A DNA stretch of 64,000 nt, taken from positions 928,001-992,000 of the forward strand of contig OZ255721.1 in the NCBI GenBank assembly GCA_965277285.1, in the 5' to 3' direction. This document shows, one piece after another, positions 19,407 through 30,167 of this stretch. The DNA is from Abditibacteriaceae bacterium. Its GTDB lineage: Bacteria > Armatimonadota > Abditibacteriia > Abditibacteriales > Abditibacteriaceae. Position numbers and translations under genes: made by a program. The notes beneath the pieces are model-generated. The model did not search any database and was not told the origin of the DNA. It worked only from the letters and a program-made list of their open reading frames with translations. Position 1 is the stretch's first letter. Each line of letters begins with the position of its first letter.

Positions 19407-19448
19407 CATTTCAAATTGACGCGTAGAGCGCCGCATCGAGTACTCGAT

Positions 19449-19593
19449 TTGACAAAAAGACGCGCGCGCCGTATAATTCTTGTGACCTTTTAAGCGCGTC
19501 CCGTGAGGTGCGCAAAGGCACGCCATGAAAACTAATAACTTTAATTTAAGCCTTCTGGCTTCGCCTTCGCGCGAAGTTGGGAGGCTTTTTCTT
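19449..19593 (+). promoter_or_regulatory. pyr promoter, PyrR-binding hairpin and attenuator terminator
   Basis: TTGACA-17-TATAAT (19449-19477); GTCCCGTGAGG loop in CCTTT..AAAGG stem; hairpin plus T-tract at 19548-19593. Confidence 0.8.
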
Positions 19594-19596
19594 TAA

Positions 19597-20166
<570 letters not shown>

Positions 20167-20277
20167 CCATGGATAAACACGGATACGCACAGATGCTTTT
20201 AGATTCCACATTATCGAGTACTCGATTCATCTCCTTTTATCTGTGTTCATCCGTGTTTATCTGTGGTTAAAAACAAA

Positions 20278-21207
20278 ATGAAGAAGCTCAATCGAAAACA
20301 CGTTTTAGGCTTGCAGGATTGGACGCGGGACGAAATCAATCTCGTGCTCGACACGGCGCACAATTTCAAAGATGTGCTGGCGCGCCCGATTCGCAAAGTT
20401 CCCGCTTTGCGCGGCAAGGTCGTCTGCACCCTGTTCTTTGAACCGAGTACTCGAACTCGCGCTTCGTTTGAAACCGCCGCGAAGATTTTGAGCGCCGAAA
20501 CTTCGTCTTTAACGGTCGCGGCGTCCAGCGTCAGCAAAGGCGAAACGCTCAAAGACACGATTTTGACGATGCAGGCGATGGGCGTCGATTGTTTCGTCAT
20601 TCGCCATCCGCAAAGCGGCGCGCCCGAACTGGCGACCAAATACGTGCGCGGCTCGGTCTTAAATGCGGGCGATGGTTGCCACGAACATCCGACGCAAGGC
20701 TTGCTCGATTTGCTGACGATCCGCGACCACAAAGGCGTAATCGGCGGCCTCAACGTGACGATCATCGGCGATTTGCGACATTCGCGCGTCGCACGCAGCG
20801 GACTTTGGGGGCTTTTGCATTGCGGCGCGAACGTGACATTATGTGGCCCGGAAACGTTGCTGCCGCGCGAGTTCGAAGGCTACGGCGCGAAGCTGGAAAC
20901 CGATTGCGACCGCGCCGTTGAAGGCGCCGATGTCGTGATGACGTTGCGCTTGCAAAACGAACGCATGAACGGCGTTTATCTGCCGAACACGCGCGAATTT
21001 GCCCGACTTTACGGCATGAATGAACGGCGTTTAAGCCGCGCGAAAAGTGATGCGATTGTGATGCATCCTGGCCCGATCAATCGCGGCGTCGAGATTTCCA
21101 GCGACTTGGCCGATTCTCCGCGCAGCGTCATCTTAGAGCAAGTCACCAACGGCGTCGCGGTGCGCATGGCGCTGTTGTATTTGCTGTTGGGCGGCGAGGA
21201 AGCCTGA
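20278..21207 (+). CDS. pyrB: Aspartate carbamoyltransferase
   Basis: FFEPSTRTR, HPTQ, HPGP. Confidence 0.95.
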   Translation: MKKLNRKHVLGLQDWTRDEINLVLDTAHNFKDVLARPIRKVPALRGKVVCTLFFEPSTRTRASFETAAKILSAETSSLTVAASSVSKGETLKDTILTMQAMGVDCFVIRHPQSGAPELATKYVRGSVLNAGDGCHEHPTQGLLDLLTIRDHKGVIGGLNVTIIGDLRHSRVARSGLWGLLHCGANVTLCGPETLLPREFEGYGAKLETDCDRAVEGADVVMTLRLQNERMNGVYLPNTREFARLYGMNERRLSRAKSDAIVMHPGPINRGVEISSDLADSPRSVILEQVTNGVAVRMALLYLLLGGEEA

Positions 21208-21229
21208 GGAATGGAGAAAATTAACGGTT

Positions 21230-21658
21230 ATGTATCCGAAGTTTTCTGCACCTTTAAGTCTGGTTGTTGCGATTATATTGCTGTTAGCGCACGGGCTTTT
21301 ATTAATGGCGACATCTTGGTTCTTTCAAAGCCAGTACCGTTCTTTTTGGTTCAGCTTCTCGCAAGCGCTCGCAGTGTTTGGAGGAACGATTGTTCTCGGT
21401 CTTGCATTGCTCAATAAGCGGAAATGGGCTTGGTGGACAACAATTTTTGTCATCCCGCTCCTGTGCTCTTACGAAATGCGTTTATTGGCAGTGCCGATGG
21501 TTTTCAATCTCCTAAATTTGCTTTTCTCGGGATTTGAAACGGAGAACCGCGCACTCTTATGTGTTATGACAGGCGGGACATTGTTGATGACGATTAGCTT
21601 TGTGCTGCTCTGGAGTGAGGAAGTCCGCACAGAATTACAAATCAAAAAGAACAAATGA
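21230..21658 (+). CDS. Hypothetical membrane protein
   Basis: Four hydrophobic segments; inside the pyr cluster. Confidence 0.55.
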   Translation: MYPKFSAPLSLVVAIILLLAHGLLLMATSWFFQSQYRSFWFSFSQALAVFGGTIVLGLALLNKRKWAWWTTIFVIPLLCSYEMRLLAVPMVFNLLNLLFSGFETENRALLCVMTGGTLLMTISFVLLWSEEVRTELQIKKNK

Positions 21659-21783
21659 AAATTTTAATTAAAAACGGTCGAGTACTCGATCCTTCGCAAA
21701 ACCTGAATAAAATCGCCGATGTACTGATTCGCAACGGCGTCATTGAAAAATCGGTGCAAAACGTAATGCGGACGGAAATTTGA
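21655..21783 (+). pseudogene. Remnant duplicate of the pyrC 5' end
   Basis: MKILIKNGRVLDPSQNLNKIADVLIRNGVIEK matches the PyrC N-terminus, then frameshifts (A5 vs A6). Confidence 0.8.
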
Positions 21784-21875
21784 GCCGAGCTCGCAGAACT
21801 GACGTTTCAGATAGCTTTTAATAAAGCGAACTTCAACGTGCGCATAATCCGCAGCATTGGGAGAAGAGGTCGATA

Positions 21876-22805
21876 ATGAGAAAACTCGTGATGATACCTT
21901 TATTATTTGCGCTGTCGCTTTGTGCACCAGTTTTTGCTTCCACTGAAGTCACTACGCCTTCGGCGCGTGTCTCATCTTATGTGGAGAACGTTCGTCAGGG
22001 AAAAATTGACGAAGATGATTTTCTTGCTGTTATACCGGCGAACGGGGTTATTGGCGAACTAAAAAAATACGTTAAGGACCCCAATAAAAAAGTTCGTGAA
22101 GAAGTTTTTAAGAAGATATTGGCTGCACGACGATGTGCGGTTGAGAGTGGCGATAAGCCAAGCGCAAATGAAGCAGTGGAAATCACATTAGATGCTTTGA
22201 AAGGTGAAAAAGACCTCGGGCTAAGACGCCATTTTTTGGAGGATCTGCAGTTCCTACCACCTTCAGCATTTTCTCCTCGTGCCAAGAAAGCCATAAATAA
22301 TATGCTGCAGAAGGAAAACTACAACCCAGCACTCATCCGTCTCGCAGGAACAGCACGCTCGCTTGAATCCGTGAAAATATTGAAGAATATCGCAGGATAT
22401 TCAGCCACTCCGCTTAGTGATTCTGACGAGCTTCGCCAGGCAGCAGTCACGGCCTTAGCCAGTCTGGGCGAAAAGTTTTACATTCAGGTTCTCCTTGCAG
22501 CCATTGACAGAGAAACAGATTCTCTTCGTCTTCTCAGGCTTCTGCATGAGATTTCGTTAACTCGACAACCCGAAGCCGTTCAGGTTCTCTGCAAGTACAC
22601 CTTTTCTCAACAGCGCGTTCCGAGTGTGATCGACGGTCTGGAAGGCACCAAGATAGCGGCTTATGTTGTCGATTATCTTTCGTTCACTGCCAAAGATGTT
22701 CCTATAGAAAATGGTAATCCCGCTGGAAATACAAACGAAGACATCCAAAGGGTGCAACAATGGATTCAAAAAGTTGGCGTTAGCAACATTTTAATTAAGC
22801 AATAG
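21876..22805 (+). CDS. Secreted HEAT-repeat-like hypothetical protein
   Basis: Signal peptide; DPNKKVREEV and LRQAAVTALASLG repeats; more AT-rich than neighbours. Confidence 0.65.
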   Translation: MRKLVMIPLLFALSLCAPVFASTEVTTPSARVSSYVENVRQGKIDEDDFLAVIPANGVIGELKKYVKDPNKKVREEVFKKILAARRCAVESGDKPSANEAVEITLDALKGEKDLGLRRHFLEDLQFLPPSAFSPRAKKAINNMLQKENYNPALIRLAGTARSLESVKILKNIAGYSATPLSDSDELRQAAVTALASLGEKFYIQVLLAAIDRETDSLRLLRLLHEISLTRQPEAVQVLCKYTFSQQRVPSVIDGLEGTKIAAYVVDYLSFTAKDVPIENGNPAGNTNEDIQRVQQWIQKVGVSNILIKQ

Positions 22806-22932
22806 AAGGATTTGGCAACAGGCTGCATTTTCGATTTTGTCTGTTGTGATTTGCGCAGTTTAGCAAGCGCTTCTGCTGCCTTTGGAAGTCCAGCATGTCG
22901 CCCGAATAATATCAGCAAAATTTAAATCACAA

Positions 22933-24240
22933 ATGAATCTCTTAATCAAAAACGGTCGAGTACTCGATCCTTCGCAAAACCTGGATAAAGTCGCGGATAT
23001 ATTAATTCGTAACGGCGTCATTGAAAAAATCGGCGCCAACCTCGAAGTCGCCGACATTCGAGTACTCAATGCGCGCGATTGCGTCGTCGCGCCTGGATTG
23101 GTTGACATTCATGTTCACGGGCGCACGCCAGGTCAGGAATATAAGGAAGACACGGCGTCTTTGACCGAAGCGGCGGCGCGCGGCGGCGTCACGACGTGTT
23201 GCGTGATGCCGAACACGATTCCAACGATTGACCGGCGCAGCGTTGTCGAAGACGTTTTAAGTCGCGCGAAAACTGAAGGCAATGGCGTGCGCATTTTGCC
23301 GATTGCCAGCGTTTCGATTGACGCGAAAAACGAGCAACTGGCGGAAATGGCGGAACTGAAAAGTTGCGGCGCGGTCGCCGTTTCGGACGACGCGTTTCCA
23401 ATGCAGGACAGCGATTTCATGCGCCGCGTTTTTCAATATGCCAAGACCTGCGGCTTGGTCACGATGCTGCATTGCGAAGATATTTCGCTGACCGGCGGCG
23501 GACACGCGGGCGTTGGCAAAGGTGGCGGCGTGATGAACGAAGGCGTCGTTTCCAACGAAATGGGCTTGCGTGGGATGCCGCGCGTGTCCGAAGAATTGGC
23601 GGTTTTCAAAGCCTGCGCAATTGCGCGCGAAGTCGGCAACCGCATTCACATTTTGCACACGACAACCAAAGGCGCCGTCGAAACGATTCGTCGCGCCAAA
23701 GCCGACGGCGTTCAAGTCACAGCCGAAGTTTGCCCGCATCATTTCGCCTTGACCGACGAAGCGTGTCGCGGCTACAACACCAACGCCAAGATGAACCCGC
23801 CACTGCGACTTCAAGAAGATGTCGAGGCGTTGATTCAAGGCTTGCGCGACGGAACCATCGACTGCATTGCGACCGATCACGCGCCGCACGCCGCGCACGA
23901 AAAAGAACGCGAGTTCGACAACGCGCCATTTGGCATCATTGGCGTGGAAACGATGCTGGCCACGACCTTGAAATATTTGGTTGAACCCGGACATTTGATA
24001 TTGAATCAAGCGATTGAAAAAATGACGTTCGCGTCATGTCGAGTACTCGATCTCAAGTTTGGAACGCTGACAGAAGGCGCCGCAGCCGATTTAGTCGTTT
24101 TCAATCCCGACACAAAATGGACGCTTGAAGCGCGAAAACTGGCGAGCAAATCGAAGAACACACCGTTCGATGGAGTGGAAATGCTGGGACAAGTTCGCGC
24201 AACGATTGTCGGTGGAAACGTGGTTTATGTCAGCGAATAA
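22933..24240 (+). CDS. pyrC: Dihydroorotase
   Basis: DIHVH, MPNT, KMNPPLR, ATDHAPH, SKNTPF. Confidence 0.95.
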   Translation: MNLLIKNGRVLDPSQNLDKVADILIRNGVIEKIGANLEVADIRVLNARDCVVAPGLVDIHVHGRTPGQEYKEDTASLTEAAARGGVTTCCVMPNTIPTIDRRSVVEDVLSRAKTEGNGVRILPIASVSIDAKNEQLAEMAELKSCGAVAVSDDAFPMQDSDFMRRVFQYAKTCGLVTMLHCEDISLTGGGHAGVGKGGGVMNEGVVSNEMGLRGMPRVSEELAVFKACAIAREVGNRIHILHTTTKGAVETIRRAKADGVQVTAEVCPHHFALTDEACRGYNTNAKMNPPLRLQEDVEALIQGLRDGTIDCIATDHAPHAAHEKEREFDNAPFGIIGVETMLATTLKYLVEPGHLILNQAIEKMTFASCRVLDLKFGTLTEGAAADLVVFNPDTKWTLEARKLASKSKNTPFDGVEMLGQVRATIVGGNVVYVSE

Positions 24241-24363
24241 ATTCGCCGCCAGAGAAAGGTGTCGGTCTTCACCGACACAGTTTCAAGTACGTTGTGTCAA
24301 CGAAGGTTGACAACTTTCTCTGGCGGCGAATTTATTCGCTGGCCAACTGAAAAGGAACACGCC

Positions 24364-26043
24364 ATGATTGAAGTTCAAGCCCCAATTACAGCCGTCACGG
24401 TTTACACCGACCGCGCGCAAATCACGCGCAAAGGGCGCGTCATGTTCGACAAAGACGGCGCGCAGGAGTTGGAGATCAGCAGTTTGCCTTATGGGATGGA
24501 GGCCGATTCGCTGCGCGCTTCAGGTCGCGGCCAAATTGCCGTCACGATTATTAGTGTGGAAAGCAAAATGCGTTTTCTCAACGAAACGGCGCACGAAGGC
24601 ACGCGCACAGTTCAAGACCAGTTGCGCGAGTTGCAAGACCGCGACAACGTTCTGGTGCGGCGCGACGAAGTGCTGGCGCAACGCTTGGGAAGTGTGCAGC
24701 AATTGTCGGATAGCGCGGCTTCGCGTTTTGCGCGCGGCCTGGCTGAAGGCAAAACGTCGCTGGAAAGCGCACAGCAATTACTCGATTTCGTAGCGGCGCA
24801 AACCACGCAGATCAAGGAAGAACGATTTCAAATCGAACGCGAACGCCGCGATTTGATTGCGCAGTTGAACGCCTTGAAAGAACAAGTCGCGCAACTGCAT
24901 CCCTCAAATCGCAAGCGCGACAACTTTGTCAGCGTCAGTGTTGAAGCACAAAGTGCGGGCGAGTGGGAACTCGAACTTTCCTACACTGTGCCCATGGCCA
25001 GTTGGAGGCCTTTATACGACGCGCGCTTGACGACGCAAGGTGTTACGGCGAACCTTCAATCGAGTACTGGATTGCCGCAAAATGCTTCCGGCAACGACGA
25101 TTTCGACCGCGTTTTAACGCTCAATTACGGCGCGATGCTGAATCAGAAAACTGGCGAAGACTGGAACGAAGTCGCGCTGACGCTTTCGACCGCGCGCCCA
25201 GGATTGGGAAGTTTGCCGCCCAAACTCGACCCGACTTACGTGGATGTTTACGCGCCACCGATGCCACGTGCTGCTGCACCAATGGCATCTCGCAAGCGTG
25301 CAACTACGGAAGGTGAGAGTGGAGAATTCGATGAAAGTATCGACGAAATGTTAGGTATGCTCAAGCCAGTTGAAGCGAACCCCGCACGACGCGTCGAAGC
25401 GCAAACTGCAACAGCCGCAGTCGAGGAACATGGCGCGACGGTCACGTTTCGCTTGCCGCGCCCGATGAGTGTTCCGTCCGATGGGCAGCCGCATCGCGCG
25501 CAGGTTGCGACGCAGGATTTGCCGTGCAAACTCGATTTCGTCAGCGTGCCGCGTCGTGCCAGCCTGGGGTTTCTGCGCGCGACGACGCGTAACGATAGCG
25601 CGCTCAATCTGCTGCCTGGCAAAGCCAACATTTTCCGCGACGGCGAATTTGCGGGCAGCACCCAATTGGAATCCGTCGCACCGGCGCAAGAGTTCAAGCT
25701 GTTTCTGGGGCCGGATGAACAAGTGCGCGTCGAGCGCGAAATGACGGCGCGCGAAGTCGAAAAAAACCTGATGGGAAACGTGCGGCGCCATCATTTTTCT
25801 TACGTCATCAAACTGGAAAATTTGAAAACCTTTCCGGTTCGCCTGACAGTTCTCGATCAGATTCCAGTCAGCCGCAACGAAACGATCAAGGTGAAATTGC
25901 GCGAAACGAATCCCGCGCCACAAACCAACGAGATGGGCGAATTGCGCTGGGAACTGGTTTTACAACCCAACAGCAAAAGCGAATTGCGCTTCGAGTACTC
26001 GATTGAAGCGCCCCGTGATGCGCGCGTAACAGGTTTGGACTAA
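24364..26043 (+). CDS. DUF4140/DUF4139 family protein
   Basis: VTVYTDRAQITR, ASWRPLYDARL, QKTGEDW...LSTARP. Confidence 0.85.
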   Translation: MIEVQAPITAVTVYTDRAQITRKGRVMFDKDGAQELEISSLPYGMEADSLRASGRGQIAVTIISVESKMRFLNETAHEGTRTVQDQLRELQDRDNVLVRRDEVLAQRLGSVQQLSDSAASRFARGLAEGKTSLESAQQLLDFVAAQTTQIKEERFQIERERRDLIAQLNALKEQVAQLHPSNRKRDNFVSVSVEAQSAGEWELELSYTVPMASWRPLYDARLTTQGVTANLQSSTGLPQNASGNDDFDRVLTLNYGAMLNQKTGEDWNEVALTLSTARPGLGSLPPKLDPTYVDVYAPPMPRAAAPMASRKRATTEGESGEFDESIDEMLGMLKPVEANPARRVEAQTATAAVEEHGATVTFRLPRPMSVPSDGQPHRAQVATQDLPCKLDFVSVPRRASLGFLRATTRNDSALNLLPGKANIFRDGEFAGSTQLESVAPAQEFKLFLGPDEQVRVEREMTAREVEKNLMGNVRRHHFSYVIKLENLKTFPVRLTVLDQIPVSRNETIKVKLRETNPAPQTNEMGELRWELVLQPNSKSELRFEYSIEAPRDARVTGLD

Positions 26044-26052
26044 TCGCCGCAC

Positions 26053-26120
26053 TTTGTCATTCTGAGCACAGCGAAGAATCTATTTGAAGTTAGATTCTTC
26101 GCTGCGCTCAGAATGACAAA
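26053..26120. repeat. TGTCATTCTGAGC..GCGAAGAATCT inverted-repeat (REP-like) family
   Basis: Near-perfect inverted repeat; copies at 5641, 28540-28588, 54489-54552. Confidence 0.75.
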
Positions 26121-26186
26121 CTCCTACTTTCGAGTACTCGATTTCTCTGTGAACTTTGTGTTCTCTGTGGTTAATCAAAAACAAAA

Positions 26187-27374
26187 ATGAAAGCACTTCT
26201 TATTCTCTCCGACGGAACAACTTTTGACGGCACGCTGGTTGGCGCGCCTGGCACGACGACCGGCGAAGTCGTTTTCAACACCTCGATGACGGGTTATCAG
26301 GAGATTTTGACCGACCCATCGTACGCCGGACAATTGGTGGCGCTGACTTATCCGCTGATCGGCAATTACGGCATCAACGAAGACGACATGGAATCGATCC
26401 AGCCGCAGGTGCGCGGTTTTATCGTCAAGGAAATGTGCGATGTGCCGTCCAATTATCGCTCTCAAAGCAGCGGCGACAGTTATCTATTGAAGAACAAAAT
26501 CACCGCGATTCAAGGCGTCGATGTACGTTCTCTGACCAAGATTCTGCGCGATAGTGGCGTAATGATGGGCATGATCACGACCGAACACAGCCGCGAAGAA
26601 GGTCTGCACATTCTCGAAAACCTGCCGCCGTATGACAGCGGAACTTATGCGCGCGAAGTCTCAACCAAGCGCGCCTATCAATGGCAGAATAAGCCTGCCG
26701 AAAGCAGCCGGCAGAAAGTAGGCGCAGAAACCCAGCCTCCAGCCTCCATTCCCCAGCCTCCTATTCAGTGGGAAATGCCGCTGGAAACATCGGCGCGCGT
26801 CGTCGTGCTCGATTACGGTACGAAGTTCAACATTTTGCGCGAACTGCGCGAACGCGGCTTGGAAGTCGTGGTCTTGCCTTGCACCGCAACCAAAGAAGAA
26901 ATCCTCAGTTGGAATCCCGATGGCGTGATGTTGTCGAACGGGCCAGGCGATCCGCGTTCGTTGCAAGACGAAGTGCAAACCGTGAAGGAACTTCAAACCG
27001 AAAATCCCGCGATGCCAATGTTCGGCATTTGTCTGGGACACCAGATTATGGGGCAAGCCTTTGGCGGCGAAACTTATAAATTGAAGTTCGGTCATCGCGG
27101 CGCCAATCATCCGGTCAAGGATTTGACGACTGGCAAAGTCCATATCACCAGCCAGAATCACGGCTACGCAATTGATTCGAGTACTCTTCCCGACGATGTT
27201 GAAATCACGCACCTAAACCTGAACGACAACACGGTCGAAGGAATGCAGCACCGGAGCAAGCCGCTGTTTTGCGTTCAATATCATCCCGAAGCGAGTCCTG
27301 GCCCGAAAGACAATGCGTATCTGTTCGACAAATTCGCCGCGATGGTGAAGGCGCGTAAGGAAGGCGATGGATGA
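26187..27374 (+). CDS. carA: Carbamoyl-phosphate synthase small subunit
   Basis: GEVVFNTSMTGYQE, SNGPGDP, GICLGHQ, QYHPEA. Confidence 0.96.
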   Translation: MKALLILSDGTTFDGTLVGAPGTTTGEVVFNTSMTGYQEILTDPSYAGQLVALTYPLIGNYGINEDDMESIQPQVRGFIVKEMCDVPSNYRSQSSGDSYLLKNKITAIQGVDVRSLTKILRDSGVMMGMITTEHSREEGLHILENLPPYDSGTYAREVSTKRAYQWQNKPAESSRQKVGAETQPPASIPQPPIQWEMPLETSARVVVLDYGTKFNILRELRERGLEVVVLPCTATKEEILSWNPDGVMLSNGPGDPRSLQDEVQTVKELQTENPAMPMFGICLGHQIMGQAFGGETYKLKFGHRGANHPVKDLTTGKVHITSQNHGYAIDSSTLPDDVEITHLNLNDNTVEGMQHRSKPLFCVQYHPEASPGPKDNAYLFDKFAAMVKARKEGDG

Positions 27375-27577
27375 GCAACGAGTACTCGATGGACAAAAGC
27401 GCGTTCAGCGTTGTGCCGTTGCATGACAATTCGGATGACAGAGCCTATTGGCAATCGAAAACGGGCGCGGAGCGTTTGGCGGCGCTGGAGTATTTGAGGC
27501 AAACGGCTTATGGCTATGACGCAGCTACCGCGCGACTTCAAAGAGTTCTTGAAGTTGTTAAACGAACACAAGGTTGA
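27371..27577 (+). CDS. Small hypothetical protein (possible antitoxin-like partner)
   Basis: YWQSKTGAERLAALEYLR...RLQRVLEV; overlaps the nucleotidyltransferase gene. Confidence 0.6.
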   Translation: MSNEYSMDKSAFSVVPLHDNSDDRAYWQSKTGAERLAALEYLRQTAYGYDAATARLQRVLEVVKRTQG

Positions 27578-27956
27578 GTATCTGATTGTTAGTGGATACG
27601 CCGTCAGTTTTCATGGCTACCCGCGTCCCACAGGCGACATCGACATTTGGATTGCCATCAATGAAGCCAACGCCCAGCGCATGGTCGATGTTTTGCGCGC
27701 CTTCGGATTTGCTTTGCCCAATTTGTCGCCACAACTGTTTCTCGATACCAACAATATGGTGCGAATGGGAATGCCGCCGGTTCGTATCGAGATTTTGAAC
27801 GAAATCTCTGGCGTGCAATTCGACGAATGTTTCAAGCACCGCGACATCGCACAAGTTGACGACATTGCGATCAACATTCTCGCGTTGGACGACTTGAAGC
27901 AGAACAAAAAAGCCAGCGATCGTTTCAAAGATTTGAACGACCTGGAAAATCTTTAG
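27516..27956 (+). CDS. Nucleotidyltransferase family protein
   Basis: GYAV..HG.PR.TGDID motif; NKKAS.R.KD..D. Confidence 0.8.
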   Translation: MTQLPRDFKEFLKLLNEHKVEYLIVSGYAVSFHGYPRPTGDIDIWIAINEANAQRMVDVLRAFGFALPNLSPQLFLDTNNMVRMGMPPVRIEILNEISGVQFDECFKHRDIAQVDDIAINILALDDLKQNKKASDRFKDLNDLENL

Positions 27957-27986
27957 CGAACGCATGCCATTCGAGTACTCGATTCT

Positions 27987-28418
27987 TCAACTCGCTTTAG
28001 GCGCTTTCAATAGCAACAACGGAACGTCCAATTGGTGGCGCACTTTGTCGACTGTGGTGCCGTGCATCACGTCTTGAATCAGGCGATGGCCGTGCGTGCT
28101 CATCGCCACCAAATCGACATTTTCTTCGCGCGCTGTTTTCAAAATCTCATCGGCGGGATTGCCGCGCCGCAGCACGTTGCGCACTTTGGGCGTTCGCGCG
28201 CTCAAACGTTCGCGCACCGTTTCCAGATATTCGCGGTCGGCTTTCATTTCCTGTGATTCGGCCAATTGCAGCGCATCGTAATTGCGCGCCGCCCAACCAT
28301 CGGCGACGTGAATTAGCACGACTTCGGGATGAAACAGTTCGAGAAGCGGTTCGATGTGCGATAAAATCGCGTCGTCACTGGCGCTGTTTTCCACCGCCAC
28401 CAAAATCTTGCGATACAT
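27987..28418 (-). CDS. Universal stress protein
   Basis: YRKILVAV, GNPADEI, DLVAMSTHGH. Confidence 0.88.
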   Translation of the reverse strand: MYRKILVAVENSASDDAILSHIEPLLELFHPEVVLIHVADGWAARNYDALQLAESQEMKADREYLETVRERLSARTPKVRNVLRRGNPADEILKTAREENVDLVAMSTHGHRLIQDVMHGTTVDKVRHQLDVPLLLLKAPKAS

Positions 28419-28431
28419 AAACACGCTCCTT

Positions 28432-28503
28432 TTAAGTTGAACCGCTTAAGTTGAACCGCTTAAGTTGAACCGCCCAAGTTGAACCGCTTAAGTTGAACCG
28501 CCA
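28432..28503. repeat. 14-bp tandem repeat, about 5 copies
   Basis: (TTAAGTTGAACCGC)n with one variant unit. Confidence 0.9.
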
Positions 28504-28669
28504 AGGCGCCAAGTCCGCCAAGAAAGATTTTAAGGCTTCGTCATTCTGAGCACACTGTAAATAGATTCTTCGCTGTGCTCAGAATGACCAAACTTTCGCT
28601 TTCGAGTACTCGGAAACAATAAAATTCCAAGACCATTTTTATTCTTGGCGAACTTCGCGCCTTGGCGGT

Positions 28670-30061
28670 TCATTTTCCCTGTGCTGTTTGCCACAGCAGC
28701 CACACGTTCAATCCGGCGATGACGACGGCAGCTATCCAAGCGACAATTTTGAGCCACTGCGGGTTAACAAACTCGCCCATTTTGCGCTTGTCGCTGGTAA
28801 ACATCACCAACGGGAAAACCGCGAAACTGAGTTGCATACTCAGGACGACCTGGCTGAAGATCAAGAGTTTATCAACGCCGCGATTGCCATACATCGCCGT
28901 TACAACGATGGCGGGAACAATCGCAATGCCGCGCGTAATCAAACGGCGCAGCCACGGGCGCATCCGCAAATCGAGAAAACCTTCCATCACGATCTGACCG
29001 GCCAAAGTTCCCGTCAGCGTCGAATTTTGTCCCGAACCCAGCAGCGCAACCGCGAACAGAGTACTCGCCAGCGACGCGCCAAACGCTGGAGAAACTTTGG
29101 TTAAAAGCGGCGTTAGCAGTTCGTGCGCGCGCTCGATTCCCGTCACATCGGTGTAGCCGCGTCCATGAAAAGCCGCTGCCGCGACGATCAAAATTGCGGC
29201 GTTGATGAACAAGGCGAAGGTCAAAGCGAGCGTCGAATCGAGCGACGCAAACTTGATCGCTTCGCGCTTGCCGCCTGCCGTTTGCTCATATTTGCGCGTT
29301 TGCACAATCGAAGAATGCAAATACAGGTTGTGCGGCATCACCGTCGCGCCCAAAATGCCAATCGCAATATACAGCTTTGAGAAATGGTTGGTCGAATCCG
29401 TCACGATTTCGGCGCGCGGAATAAAACCACTGAAAACCGCCGCATAGTCGGGACGTGAAAAGAACAATTCCGCCGCGAAACACAACGCGATGGTTCCCAT
29501 CAAGGTAATTACGATGGATTCCAGCATCCGAAAACCTTTGTTTTGCAACGCCAAAAGCACGATCACATCCAACGAAGTCAGCGCGACGCCATAAATCAAC
29601 GGCAAATGGAACAGCAAGTACAAAGCAATCGCCGAACCGATGACTTCGGCCAGATCACAGGCGGCGATGGCAATTTCGCAACCGATCCACAGAAATATGG
29701 CGACAGGTTTGGAATAGGCGTCGCGGCACGCCTGCGCCAGATCGCGCCCCGTCACGATGCCCAAACGCAACGACAAACTTTGCAACAAAATCGCCAGCAA
29801 ATTCGACAACAAGATCACGCTGAGCAGCAAGTAGCCAAAGCGCGAACCACCTTCCAAATCAGTCGCCCAGTTGCCCGGATCCATATAGCCGACCGCGACC
29901 AGATAACCTGGCCCTGAGAACGCCAGCAACTTGCGCCAGAAGCTCGCGTTCGGCGGCACGACGAGCGAACCATGAACTTCCGGCAAACTTTCGCCGCTTC
30001 GTTCGCGCCGCCAGCCACTTTGCGGCGGATTCTGTGGCGCTTCCACAACGTCTTCATTCAT
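28670..30061 (-). CDS. mntH: Nramp family Mn2+ transporter
   Basis: [34 protein letters not shown]. Confidence 0.95.
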   Translation of the reverse strand: MNEDVVEAPQNPPQSGWRRERSGESLPEVHGSLVVPPNASFWRKLLAFSGPGYLVAVGYMDPGNWATDLEGGSRFGYLLLSVILLSNLLAILLQSLSLRLGIVTGRDLAQACRDAYSKPVAIFLWIGCEIAIAACDLAEVIGSAIALYLLFHLPLIYGVALTSLDVIVLLALQNKGFRMLESIVITLMGTIALCFAAELFFSRPDYAAVFSGFIPRAEIVTDSTNHFSKLYIAIGILGATVMPHNLYLHSSIVQTRKYEQTAGGKREAIKFASLDSTLALTFALFINAAILIVAAAAFHGRGYTDVTGIERAHELLTPLLTKVSPAFGASLASTLFAVALLGSGQNSTLTGTLAGQIVMEGFLDLRMRPWLRRLITRGIAIVPAIVVTAMYGNRGVDKLLIFSQVVLSMQLSFAVFPLVMFTSDKRKMGEFVNPQWLKIVAWIAAVVIAGLNVWLLWQTAQGK

Positions 30062-30167
30062 CGTTTATGTCCTTTAACAAACTGTGCGCGGATTTTCTCG
30101 GTTCACAAAAGACGTATCGAGTACTCGATGCTGTTTCTGCGTTCGATTCGCGCCTGAAATCTCTGCC

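Noticed and set aside
28432..28503. Mini-CRISPR
   Set aside because: Head-to-tail tandem repeat with no spacers.
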